Below, one piece after another: positions 53,956-64,000 of a stretch of 64,000 nucleotides of DNA. The notes under the pieces were generated by a model, which was not told where the DNA came from, ran no database searches, and saw only the letters and a program-made list of their open reading frames with translations. The DNA lies in contig CBFFSA010000009.1 of the NCBI GenBank assembly GCA_965644495.1, forward strand, positions 434,001 to 498,000, written 5' to 3'. Made by a program: the position numbers and the translations under genes. Source of the DNA: Perkinsela sp. CCAP 1560/9 (Eukaryota > Protista > Euglenozoa: Kinetoplastea). Numbering within the stretch: position 1 is the first letter of the stretch; every line of letters starts with the position of its first letter.

Positions 53956-54133
53956 GGGTAATTTTTGACCATTTTTTACAGTTTTTCAAATTTGCAAATC
54001 GTGTTCTTGACCCTCCTAACCCCCAAAAAGTTTGTGGGCATCACTTCACGAAACTGTTCTACATTTTCAGTTTTCTGCGTATTAAAGGGGGTTAAGAGCC
54101 AGGCGCCTTAAGCGCGAGGGTCAAAAGAATTTA

Positions 54134-54826
54134 CTAATTTCTTTTTTGCTTTCCCACGGCAACATTTTGAGGTACAGCGTCAGGTATGATGAAGCAATTA
54201 CGGTCAAGCTGAATCCGCACGGTACTAGAAATCTTGGAAAAGTCTAAGCTCCCATAAAGTGCATTAGAACTCAGGTTCAGGAAACATAGAGAAGCGGGAA
54301 GAGAGTTAAGATCAATATCCCCTTCAAAACCGTTATAGCTTAAATTCAATAATTCCAATGAACATGGTAAGTGCGTGAGATCCAGGTGCCCACTGCACTC
54401 GTTCCCACCAATATCAAACTCTCTCAAGCATGATGGCAATAAAGCCAGTCGCACAGGACCAGATAAATCTTGCAAGAAAGATTCAAAGACTAACAAGGTT
54501 TGTGGTGTGTACTCCCATTGTAGCTCGCCTTTTATATCTGCACACGGAGGATCGAACTCAAAGTCCTCGAATAGCGTTCTGCTCCACTTCAGCGACGTAA
54601 CGTGCTCATGAGCATCGCATTCGACCAACATCCACTCACAGGCAGGTGTACTATCCGTCCATGATTCGTGTTTACCGGTCAAGTTGCGCACGAATTGAGA
54701 TAGAGTGTATTCCTGTGGCAAGACAGAACCACGCACTCTACTTGGACGACGTGGGATATCATCGCTGAAAACGAACATCGGTCGAGGAGTTTTGCTCGGG
54801 CAACGCATAGGTGCTAGTAAAAACAA
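54134..54826 (-). CDS. Leucine-rich repeat protein
   Basis: LPQEYTLS..PACEWMLVECD cap plus LRRs; paralog of 15208-15957. Confidence 0.85.
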   Translation of the reverse strand: MFLLAPMRCPSKTPRPMFVFSDDIPRRPSRVRGSVLPQEYTLSQFVRNLTGKHESWTDSTPACEWMLVECDAHEHVTSLKWSRTLFEDFEFDPPCADIKGELQWEYTPQTLLVFESFLQDLSGPVRLALLPSCLREFDIGGNECSGHLDLTHLPCSLELLNLSYNGFEGDIDLNSLPASLCFLNLSSNALYGSLDFSKISSTVRIQLDRNCFIIPDAVPQNVAVGKQKRN

Positions 54827-54858
54827 ATAAGTGTATCCTATTATTTCAAAATTAAATA

Positions 54859-55040
54859 CTGTCCCCCTCCCCGTTTAAGCGCACCTCGTTTTCCGTGAAA
54901 AGTGCGCTTAAATGGGGGGGTCTGAATCAGTACATAAAAAATATTTGGCGCCGCTTCGCGGCGCCGGAGACTCCACCTCAACTTTATGTGCGCTTAAACG
55001 GGGGGGTCTGACCGGGTGCGCTTAAGGGGAAGGGGTACAG
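54859..55040. mobile_element. 182-bp TA-flanked MITE
   Basis: ta|ctgtcccc..aagcgcac ... gtgcgcttaa..ggggtacag|ta, with a central GC hairpin. Confidence 0.85.
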
Positions 55041-55835
55041 TACATGAAAGCATTCGTGTAAATAGTGAGGGCAATATAAATATTAAATGCAAAGACAAAA
55101 AAGGGATAAAAGAGAATAAAAAGAAAGGAGGAAAAGTTGATTCGTGAGGAGAAAAGAAAAGATGATTCGTGATCGAAAAAACAACTTTTATTAAGGAGTA
55201 GAGTCTAGAGAACCACAAACTCATTAACTTTGAGCCCATGAACGAGGGAACTCCCAATAAGCTGATTTCGGGACAGTGCCCTTCGGAATCGACCCACTAA
55301 GGCGTGCAATGTTATCCCGCATGGGATTGAGAACTTAATTCTCATGTAATGTAACAGTACATAGAAAACGTGTTCACTCAATCTATATAATGCTGCCTAT
55401 TTAATAACACCCGTGAATTCCTCAACCCTCATAACAAAATCATAGCGAAATATTGGACCCCTATTTACTGAGCATATCCTTTCACCCCCCTGCCTCCACA
55501 CATCCTATAACTTACGACTGGGATATCAAAAGTTTCGCGCCGCACGTTCCGTTGTTTTCGTTTTGGATATGTTCCTATAATACTATAGTTTCCACTATAA
55601 CTTAATTCGCCTATAACATATAAGTACATTCGAATTACTAACGCACGCTTCCAGGTGTGCACTCCATAGTGTTGTGCTTGTTCTTGGGTTTAAGTGCTCA
55701 ATAACAACTTTGGTAAACGTCAAGAAATGCCACAGATGAAAATGCCATTGATTATGCGAACTTTAAAAAGAAAGCATGCACTGACCGATCAACACAAGAA
55801 GGGATTTCACTTGGTCAGATACCCAACTGAGATTA

Positions 55836-56143
55836 CCGTATACCTCCCCCTCTAGTAATAGAATCAATTTTAGACCAAAATGGCCTAATCCTTGTTACTG
55901 GGGGGTATGCTTTTTTGGTGGACAAAGGCCTCTTTTGTTCAAGAGCGGGTTGATTTTCTGTCCAGCCAATCCAGCAACTACGACATTCGCTCCGCCCTCT
56001 CACCCCCTCACCCCTCGCCCCCTCATCCCGCCCAAACAGCGCCTTCCCCCTCCAACCACCCTCCCGAATACATTTTACTGGGGGACAGCCTAAAAAAGGC
56101 CCAATCTCCGTTACTCGGGGTTCTATTACTGAGGGGTATAAGG
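55836..56143. mobile_element. About 310-bp TA-flanked MITE, copy 2
   Basis: ta|ccgtatacc..agtaatagaa ... ttctattact..ggtataagg|ta. Confidence 0.82.
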
Positions 56144-56237
56144 TAATTGTTTTGTGCGATGAGAAGTCCATTTGCGGTAGGGGACGAGACACACACATTT
56201 TTTCTATTTTTTTTTTGTTTTTGAACACTGAGGCCTC

Positions 56238-59200
56238 TTTTTTTTTTTGACTCTCTTGAAAGCGGCATGGGCTACATAATAAATTTTTTTTTTTCACTCT
56301 ATTTGACAAAACCAAACCAAATCAAATTTATCTCTATAAATCAATCTACAACAAATCACTCTATTTGACGAAACCAAACCAAAGAAAAGATAAAGAAAAA
56401 AAATGCATCACCCTCTAATTCAGGAGCAGAGGTGGATCCGGGTCATCTTCTGCCATCCGCGCCACCATCATAGGAGCCTGAGCTCGCATTAAAGTGACAT
56501 TCAAGTCACGGATGAGATTTGCCGTCGCCGTTCCCCTGTCCATCGTCCCTTGGGACGCAGCAGAGCGCCACGCTCCAACCTTCTTAAGCACAGCGAGGGC
56601 GCTGTCGGACCACGAGCCATAGGAGCCTACGACCATGGCCGCGAAGTCGTGCCCAGCAGTCTCGGCGTCCCGTCGCTGCACCTGCTTATGGCTTGTGGCA
56701 TAGCTCTCGGCGAATGATCCCGCCGTCACCCCGTTAGCGTTACGGACGAGGTCCGCGTATTTGGGTTGCTGAACGTGGGTAACGGCGAAATCAAGCACCA
56801 GAGACTTGCCTAAGCCAATGCTGGGCAAAACGACATCACCAGGCCTCGTGGGCGCTCCAGCGGGACCGCGATTGCCAAGACTTACCTCCCGTTGGGGGGC
56901 GAGGTGCGCCTTACTGCAGAAATCGACAAATTGACACGCCAGCGCGTTGTGGCGCGTCATGATGCCATGTCCACACTTACAGGACACGGCATGGTCGCCT
57001 TTTGGTCCCAACGGTTGCTGACACCTCCCCATAGGACAGGGCCGCGTTCTGGGGTAAATGTCTGCTCCCAACCACCAGCGGGACAAGGCGCGAAACTCAG
57101 TAGGAGCGTAAGAGTATCCTCTCTCCTTGGAGGGAATAACGAATGCCCAACTCGCGGCCCCTCTGCCAGTTTGCGAAATCAAACGTGCGCGTGTGTTGAA
57201 GTCTGCTGCCTCATATGCTGAAGAAAATTCCCGGTCGCCTGTCTCGCGACAAAGGTGTTTCTGTCGCGGGATAATCAGCTTTTCATTCATCCCGGCATCT
57301 AGGCTGTGATCATGGTGTGCATTGAGAGGGTTGGTTGATGCGTTATAATCTTTGTGGATTAGTGCCTCCTGTATTTTGCCGGTTGTCGAATCCACCAAAG
57401 TCTTTCCCGCCTGGCGGTTAACACGCTCCAATGCCTCGGAAAACCATTTCGCCTCGGACGGTGCCCAGTCATCTTGAGAACCCGCAAAGGCTGCTGAAGA
57501 GACATAAGCTGCAGATGAATGTGTAACGGAGGATCTTAGGCCAAAACCACCGTGTCTCTTGTCGCGTTGGATTTGTGCTCGTGCCGGGGCGTCTAGAGGA
57601 CAGAGTATAAGCTCCGTAGCGCGGAGCACGGCGTTATCAAGCCTCTGACAGAGGTCTACCATGTATTTTGGTGGCGTTGTGCGGAGGGAGTAGACTAATT
57701 GGCAAAAGCCAGCGCAGTGGCGAATTAGCGTGAGGGCTACCTGTGGGTCTTCTAGTATGCCTATCGCCTTTAGAGTTGCTTCCGCAGGTTCGATCGCAAA
57801 CTCACGTAGGTATTCAATACAGAACTCTTCTGACCCTACTGGGCTACCCAAAATGCTAAAGTTTCCTTCGTGATTTTTCATTCTGGCTGGGATGGTAGTG
57901 AATGAGTCCGTGCAACGCGAGGATACCGGATGAGATATTATCTCGCATTTACTCGCATTAAGATGGAGCCCCCACTGAGGTCCCGCACATGCTATAGCAT
58001 CCAACGCCCTCCGTACGCTGTCGGATTTTCCAGCTAAAACACCGTCATCGAGATACCAAAGGTGCAAGAGGAGTCCGCTGGGCACTTCATTCTCGATCAG
58101 TTCAGTAATCTCTCGCAGAACCATGGAGAAAAGGAGGGGCCCTAAAGGGTCCCCCTGTTGAACTCCTTCGGTGGAGGCAACTGTTTGAGAACCATATGTG
58201 AGTGCGCTATCGGTGGCGTAGCACCAATTTATCCAAGGAGTCAACTCGGGGAAGTGCTTTTCTGATAGGGATATGAACGCCGCCCTGGAAACCGTATTGA
58301 ATGCGTTACGAAGGTCCACCTTGCATAAGACAAATTCTGGGTCATTCTTTGTGGACTCCACCACTTGGCGGCAGAGGTGGATAACCCTTTCGGAGCCAGA
58401 TGCCGTTGCCACACCATATTGACGTCCTTGGAAAAGTGTGCTAGCTTTGGACTTTACAACAGAGCAGGCAGCCTTGCTGACCATGCGGCGCAACGTTTCC
58501 CCTGCTGCGATAGGTCTTACATCATTTTGCCCTTTCTGCAATGCACACAATCGAGCCCCTGCGTAATATTGTTGTGCTTCAACTGGAGCCTTACCGGCGA
58601 GTAGGTGATTGGCAAGCTTTGTGAGACTCTCGAGGGGATGAACATCCGTGTCAGTTCCAGCGAATAATGCCGCTTGCATGTGTTCCGCTCGTAGCGCCAT
58701 GGTTCCACCTGAGGAGCCCCTGTTAAAGCTTTGGATCGCCTTTCGTACATCATCCTCATTGACAGTCAAGGAAATGATTTCGTTGGAGGACGGTGCGCTT
58801 TGGCGTAGTGGACCGAACAGCCGGCTCGGGTGCTTGGTGACTAGTTTGTTATATGTCTCCTCATTGTCGGGTGCCATTGGCGCCGAAGTGAGTGCAGCTA
58901 TTCCTCGAGAAACTTCTCCTTGACGGACCAGTAGTTCGGAGCGAATCGCTTTCTTTTCCTCATCCAGTAGTGTACCTGCTCCGGATCGTTGCTTCCTCTT
59001 CTTCTGGTGTTCAAGTACAGCTTCTTTCCACAGGGCTGAATATTCGTGTGCTTCCCAGCGATCCAGACATTTCCGCACGTGGGAGGCGTACGAGCTATTT
59101 CCCTTTCGTCCTCTTCTATGCGGGGCTGGAAGGACACATTTCGGAAGCATCGCTAGTCGTGTCCATGCAGCGACGGTGTTCTCCCTCTCGGCTGTTGCGA

Positions 59201-59254
59201 CGGTGGCTGTTAGGACCGTAGCCCACTGGCGTCGGCATCGGAAAGGAACGTCTT
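56238..59254 (-). mobile_element. 5'-truncated CRE/SLACS-clade non-LTR retrotransposon with poly(A) and TSD
   Basis: The direct repeat tgaggcctc(ttttt) occurs at 56229 and 59255. A-tail at 56238-56248. The 3' UTR has a 28-bp duplication. Confidence 0.9.
56415..59150 (-). CDS. Reverse transcriptase + zinc knuckle + RLE endonuclease (open frame, N-terminus truncated)
   Basis: VRPIAAGE, DLRNAFN, GVQQGDPLGP, WYLDDG, C..C..GDHAVSC..RHN, RPGD..LDFAVT. The frame stays open upstream to about 59258. Confidence 0.93.
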   Translation of the reverse strand: MLPKCVLPAPHRRGRKGNSSYASHVRKCLDRWEAHEYSALWKEAVLEHQKKRKQRSGAGTLLDEEKKAIRSELLVRQGEVSRGIAALTSAPMAPDNEETYNKLVTKHPSRLFGPLRQSAPSSNEIISLTVNEDDVRKAIQSFNRGSSGGTMALRAEHMQAALFAGTDTDVHPLESLTKLANHLLAGKAPVEAQQYYAGARLCALQKGQNDVRPIAAGETLRRMVSKAACSVVKSKASTLFQGRQYGVATASGSERVIHLCRQVVESTKNDPEFVLCKVDLRNAFNTVSRAAFISLSEKHFPELTPWINWCYATDSALTYGSQTVASTEGVQQGDPLGPLLFSMVLREITELIENEVPSGLLLHLWYLDDGVLAGKSDSVRRALDAIACAGPQWGLHLNASKCEIISHPVSSRCTDSFTTIPARMKNHEGNFSILGSPVGSEEFCIEYLREFAIEPAEATLKAIGILEDPQVALTLIRHCAGFCQLVYSLRTTPPKYMVDLCQRLDNAVLRATELILCPLDAPARAQIQRDKRHGGFGLRSSVTHSSAAYVSSAAFAGSQDDWAPSEAKWFSEALERVNRQAGKTLVDSTTGKIQEALIHKDYNASTNPLNAHHDHSLDAGMNEKLIIPRQKHLCRETGDREFSSAYEAADFNTRARLISQTGRGAASWAFVIPSKERGYSYAPTEFRALSRWWLGADIYPRTRPCPMGRCQQPLGPKGDHAVSCKCGHGIMTRHNALACQFVDFCSKAHLAPQREVSLGNRGPAGAPTRPGDVVLPSIGLGKSLVLDFAVTHVQQPKYADLVRNANGVTAGSFAESYATSHKQVQRRDAETAGHDFAAMVVGSYGSWSDSALAVLKKVGAWRSAASQGTMDRGTATANLIRDLNVTLMRAQAPMMVARMAEDDPDPPLLLN

Positions 59255-60046
59255 TGAGGCCTCTTTTTATATTTTTTTCCTCTATTTTACTACTGTGTTG
59301 CTCTGTATATTTTCTTTGTTTTGGTTCACTTTTTCTTCAATAATCGAGGGTAGAGCGGTAGTTAAACAATCACCGTAATAATTATTAATGGGGGGAGGAG
59401 TATTCATACTAAAGAAAATGCAGCCGACTCCTGGGGTTCCTACTGGGTGAAATTCTCCTGGGGTGAGATTCTTTCCACACTATCACAAGATCGTACAATT
59501 TTACAGAAGTGGGAGAAAGAGGCCATTCTTACATTTCTTGCTTCGTTTCTCTGTCGCTCCTTTATGCCTGGATTCTAAAAAACAGTTTGGTCATATCAAT
59601 CTGTGAAATGTTTTTTTCACTGTTTTTGTTCACTTCAATGGTCACTTTCAATAGTCGAGGGTAGAGCGGTAGTCACACCACCACCGCAATGTTACATGGG
59701 TACGCTGCACGGGGATACGCCCGAGGATCACAATTAGCAAAAGTCTTTAACTTAAATCATTTATTAGGCATCCTGAGAACATTGCTAGGATGGGATTAAG
59801 GAATGGGGTCTGAATTCGGGATCAAGTTTATCCATAAGTCGTCATATTACAGAAGGAAAAAACACGATTCATTAAAAAAATAATTAGAGCTACACTTCGT
59901 TCAGGTTCTGGGTTCACAGTTCTCTACTCCCGACTTTGTATTTTCTTCGGATCGTAATACTGTATGCCTCCCTATCTCAACATTGCTTTGGTTGACTTTA
60001 AATGGTGCAAACGCACGTAAAACAAAATAAACGCTCCCTCTCCCCC

Positions 60047-62116
60047 TTACACGGACTCTGCCGTAAACGTGTCAAGATACCGATACGCCTCAGCCGTCTC
60101 CACCGCCCGCCGTATCGTTCCCCACCCCTTCACCTCCCCCATGAGTTCCACCACGCGGGGCACCGCCTCCTTTGCACGCGTGACATCGAGAAATGCCAAC
60201 CGGGTGCGTCGGGCGAGGAAATCAACCGCCCGCTCGGCGTACTCCATCGTGGCACAATACGTTACCTCGGCCTCGATGAACGGAAACCCGGATACGATCT
60301 CCCGACCCTGATCCTCGCTTTTCGCAATCTCCGCGACCAGAGCTGCCCGGTCCCCGTAGGCTTCACACAGCCGCCCAGCAGAGGCATAGGAAAACACATT
60401 TGCGTAGTCCTGAGCAAGTTGTGGCAGCAACTCCTTGCCATACCGCCGTGCACCAATGAGTTGAATATTTTCCGTGACACACGGCTTTATTTTGTGTTTT
60501 GCCATCGCTTTTCCTCCGCCGGATCCTCCCTCTATTTCCCTAATCTCAGGCTTATGTTTCAAAACAAAATCGATCGTGTCTTGTGCCATTTTTCGGTACG
60601 TGGTCCATTTTCCCCCGGTCACACTCACCACCCCATCGGCGGGGCTTAGAAAAACAGAATGCTCCCGGAGGACACTCGCGGAGGCACCGTTTTTCATGGC
60701 AGCATTTGGATCTTTAGCCAGTGGACGGATCCCGCACCACACACTTTTTACATCACTACGCTTCATTTCAATCCCAATATAATCCTTCAGGGTGTTGAGA
60801 ATAAACTGCACATCCGATTCCTTCCCTCGAGGTTCTCGAGAGAGGGGCACAACCTCATCGGTGGTTCCCGCAATGGTGGCCCCAAGCCATGGCACAAGAA
60901 ACACCACACGACCATCCGCTGTTTTCGGCACAATCAGCACCGTACTCTCTGGGGTATAAAACCCCGGCAACGTCACATGGACCCCCGCCGCCGGGATACT
61001 AATCTCCGGGGCACTCGCTTCCCCCATTTTACGAATTAAATCCGTAAAGGGCCCCGTTGCATTCACAATCGCTTTTGCGCGAATCGGGTACTCCTCCCCC
61101 GTGAGCTCATCCCGGACCACCACCCCGGTCGCCGTACGCGTCTTCTCCCCGTCTTGAATCAACGACACCACCTGGGTGTAGTTCGCCACCGCCGCGCCGT
61201 GACAACTCGCGGACAGTGCCAGCGACACGTTCACCCGGGCATCGTCCATTTGCCCATCATAGTACACAATGGACCCAGAGAGTTTCCTCCCCCCCGGTCC
61301 GCTCCCCCGTAGTGTGGGGAAACGCTCCTTGGAGGCGCCCGCGGTTAGACCGGTGCTCGTTTGCAGCGTGCCGAGACTGCACGCGGCCACGAGGTCGTAG
61401 AACTTGAGCCCGCAATAGTACCACGGGAGTTCCCACCAGGCGTAGCAGGGGAGGAGGGTGGCGATGGGGTGACACAGGTGCGGGGCTTGGTGGATTAAAA
61501 TCGACCGCTCCCGGAGCGCCTCGTAGACGAGTTTGAACTGTCCGAGGTCGGCCCCGAACAGGGCTTTTTCGAGGTAGCGCACCCCCCCGTGGATGAGTTT
61601 TGTGCTTTTCGCGGAGGTCCCGCTGGCGAAATCGCCTTGTTCGACGAGACCGACGCGGAGACCACGGAGGGCGGCGTCGAGGGCACAGCCACACCCGGTG
61701 GCACCGCCGCCGATGATGAGGAGGTCGAGGGGTTGGGGTTGTTGTTGTTGTTGTTTGTTATTAGAAGAAGAAGATCTCGAGTTCGAAGAAGTAGAAGGAT
61801 TAGAAGCGGCAGAACTAGAGGAATTAGAACCAGAAACAGCAGAAGCAGCAGAATTAGAATTCGATGAAGAAGAATTTGCAGCAGCAGAAGGAGAAGATTC
61901 CGAGACCGACAACCCCGATGCCCTGAGTCGCTTTACGTTCTGCATTCTGGAGGGGGGGTGTTCATGGATAAAGGGCGGTAGGGTGTGGACGGGGGGGAAG
62001 GAGCGGGAGGAGAGACCGGGGTAGTGGTTGAGCAGAAGTAGAGTGGTAAGGGTGGTACCCGCGGTGAGGTAGAGGGTGGTGCGGGTGCGACGGGAGAGCC
62101 GGGTGAGGAGTTTCAT
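60047..62116 (-). CDS. GPD2: Mitochondrial FAD-dependent glycerol-3-phosphate dehydrogenase
   Basis: IIGGGATG.G.ALDA..RG, GTSAKSTKLIHGGVRYL, GGKWTTYRKMA, D.LARRTRLAFLD. Confidence 0.95.
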   Translation of the reverse strand: MKLLTRLSRRTRTTLYLTAGTTLTTLLLLNHYPGLSSRSFPPVHTLPPFIHEHPPSRMQNVKRLRASGLSVSESSPSAAANSSSSNSNSAASAVSGSNSSSSAASNPSTSSNSRSSSSNNKQQQQQPQPLDLLIIGGGATGCGCALDAALRGLRVGLVEQGDFASGTSAKSTKLIHGGVRYLEKALFGADLGQFKLVYEALRERSILIHQAPHLCHPIATLLPCYAWWELPWYYCGLKFYDLVAACSLGTLQTSTGLTAGASKERFPTLRGSGPGGRKLSGSIVYYDGQMDDARVNVSLALSASCHGAAVANYTQVVSLIQDGEKTRTATGVVVRDELTGEEYPIRAKAIVNATGPFTDLIRKMGEASAPEISIPAAGVHVTLPGFYTPESTVLIVPKTADGRVVFLVPWLGATIAGTTDEVVPLSREPRGKESDVQFILNTLKDYIGIEMKRSDVKSVWCGIRPLAKDPNAAMKNGASASVLREHSVFLSPADGVVSVTGGKWTTYRKMAQDTIDFVLKHKPEIREIEGGSGGGKAMAKHKIKPCVTENIQLIGARRYGKELLPQLAQDYANVFSYASAGRLCEAYGDRAALVAEIAKSEDQGREIVSGFPFIEAEVTYCATMEYAERAVDFLARRTRLAFLDVTRAKEAVPRVVELMGEVKGWGTIRRAVETAEAYRYLDTFTAESV

Positions 62117-63293
62117 GAAGAAGCCGGGATGGAAGAGGGGGGGGAGGGGCGAAGAGAATGAGGGACTAAAAAAGGGGGAAGGGGGAGAGCGAGAGAGAGC
62201 GCAATAAAGAAGGTTTGAGATAGAAGATTACGTAAAGGGGATTTATTGTCACGATTATCATACAAATAATATGTGCGCCTCCCTTCCCTCATCTCCCAGC
62301 ACCCCGCTCGGAACACGGTTCCGAGTCCCCATGCGCTGCAGGACCCTACTACGGGACCACGCGGCGTGCCTTCACTATCCGGCGACACCGGTACTTCTGC
62401 GCGTAGGAGGCTTCCATATACCGGAAGTCTCCCACACGGCGAGCAAACACGTTGTATGCGTGTTCTAGAGGATGTTCTATGCACCTCCCTTGCTCACCAG
62501 CCGTGGCGGATTCTGTGGGACCCCGATGCCTATGATGCATCATGAACCATGACTCCATTTGCCAGCATGCATCCATGGCCCTGACCATGTTGTATCATGA
62601 ACCATGGAAGTCATTTGTAGCATGTACGATGGGAATATCATCCGCGTCCCACAAATCCGTATATCTTTCCTGGCGCACTGCGCTTACGAAACATCTCGGG
62701 ACATATTATCCCGATGAGGCCGTCTCTTTTCGCTTTCCTGGGGAGGATATCCCGCGCTTTTCCCTGTGTTGCCTCGGAAGGCGAAAAGGTCCAGCAGGGA
62801 GCGTTGATTGCGCTTACCCCTGCTCGACCTAATTATCTCTACAGGTACTGCCCTGTATGAACAAGCAATTAGGAATCATTTTTCGTTTTCTATAGACTAG
62901 GGGGACCGCGGGTCGCGGGTTCGGTGCGAATTCGGCGCGGGTTCGGTGCGGGTTTGGCATCGGATCAGGCCTTCTCAAGCTCAGGTCAACTTGCAGAAAA
63001 CTAACCAAAGGAGAAACAATGAAATTTCGTACGTAGTATAATTGCAGTGTTAGATGGTTCATTACAGTTTTAAGAGCGAAGCGCGGTGGTACTTGTTTTG
63101 TTGGATGTGGCATTGTTTTGTGCGGAAATCGTCTTGTGTGCGTAGTTTTGATTTTCTTTGAAATTCATTGAGATTTAGTTACTTTTAGGATTTTTTTTGA
63201 AAATTGAGGAAATTTCGTTCAATCTGGCCCCATTATGTACATTTCATCCGAAAAATTCGAAAAAATGCCCCGAAAAAAGTCGCAATTAGCTTT

Positions 63294-63453
63294 TTTGACC
63301 CCTACCTGGCTAGGGGGGTAGGGGGTCGCTCGAGTGAAAAGGACCTCGGATTCGGAACGATTGGGTCGAAAAACGGTGTTATACCAAATATTTCCAAAAT
63401 CGGACAAAATACAAGACCTGTAGGGGAGGGGTAAAAGAGGCTGAACACCACTG
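63294..63453 (-). mobile_element. Tc1-like terminal segment
   Basis: Ends caccactg|ta; shares blocks with 39699-39819 and 40274-40320. Confidence 0.65.
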
Positions 63454-64000
63454 TACATGTATGCGTATGTAGAAAGTGTGCAAATATTAAGTGGGAGGAA
63501 AGTTTTCATTTCTTCTTATTAAGTGGGAGCGGGGTAAATTCGGTAGCTTGGCCACTGTAATAGAGTCAATGCTCTTATAGACTGTAGCACTATAATAGTG
63601 CTATTCCACACAAAATGTTCTGGTTCTAAATGTTTTTCCGTTCTTCTGGTATAAAACTACTATTTTAAAATGTGAGACTGTATGTGCATGAACATACAGT
63701 ATTTCAACGTACATTTTCTACGTGTGTACATTAATAATTTCTCGAAAACATTGGCCTCCCTGCCATTTCCTTCTGCCTCCCTTCTCCACGCCTTCCGACG
63801 CATTCACATTTAAAATCATCGACGACATTCTAAATACCAGGTACTTTAACGCCGTTTTTTTTTCAAAATTTAAACACCTGCTCCTGTGTATATCCCACAT
63901 CGCGGAGATGTCCCGTAAGGCCACCCTGGGCCGGGGGAAACACCGACCCGTCCTTTCCCCCGCACACATCCTCCATCATCCCGGGAGGACCGCAGACAAA

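Noticed and set aside
56284-56294. Poly(A) end of the CRE element
   Set aside because: The TSD and empty-site alignment place the end at 56238-56248.
60002-60649. Long plus-strand ORFs (also 51356-51961, 36205-36651, 950-1519)
   Set aside because: Antisense shadows of GC-rich minus-strand coding sequence.
62271-63113. Short ORFs and 11-bp tandem gcgggttcggt
   Set aside because: Too short or degenerate to assign.

Overview
Eukaryotic nuclear DNA. It holds long intron-less housekeeping genes: glucosidase II alpha, PP5, Hsp110, a SMARCAL1-like SNF2 helicase, U2A', LETM1, FAD-dependent G3PDH, an orphan secreted protein and several short LRR genes. All of them lie on the minus strand, as in a kinetoplastid-type polycistronic cluster. 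A Perkinsela/bodonid-like organism is inferred from this architecture, the LRR family and a spliced-leader-like motif, but is not proven. The intergenic space is packed with mostly decayed and often nested mobile DNA. It includes two CRE/SLACS-type RLE non-LTR retrotransposons, a DIRS/VIPER-type RT remnant, Tc1 and pogo elements with many TA-flanked MITEs, a hAT-like element with an apparent 6-bp TSD, and a piggyBac-like element. There is also an unclassified family with GAGGGGCTGCG termini and ANNT target duplications that carries an orphan ORF. Best leads: (1) that unclassified TIR family, whose boundaries are confirmed by two empty-site reconstructions; (2) a CRE element inserted into a hairpin-ended dispersed repeat whose empty copy is also in the window; (3) an SL-RNA-like locus at about 2183-2280; (4) strand-polarised GCGAAGC mini-hairpins shared by different MITE families. 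All identifications are by eye from motifs; no database searches were run.
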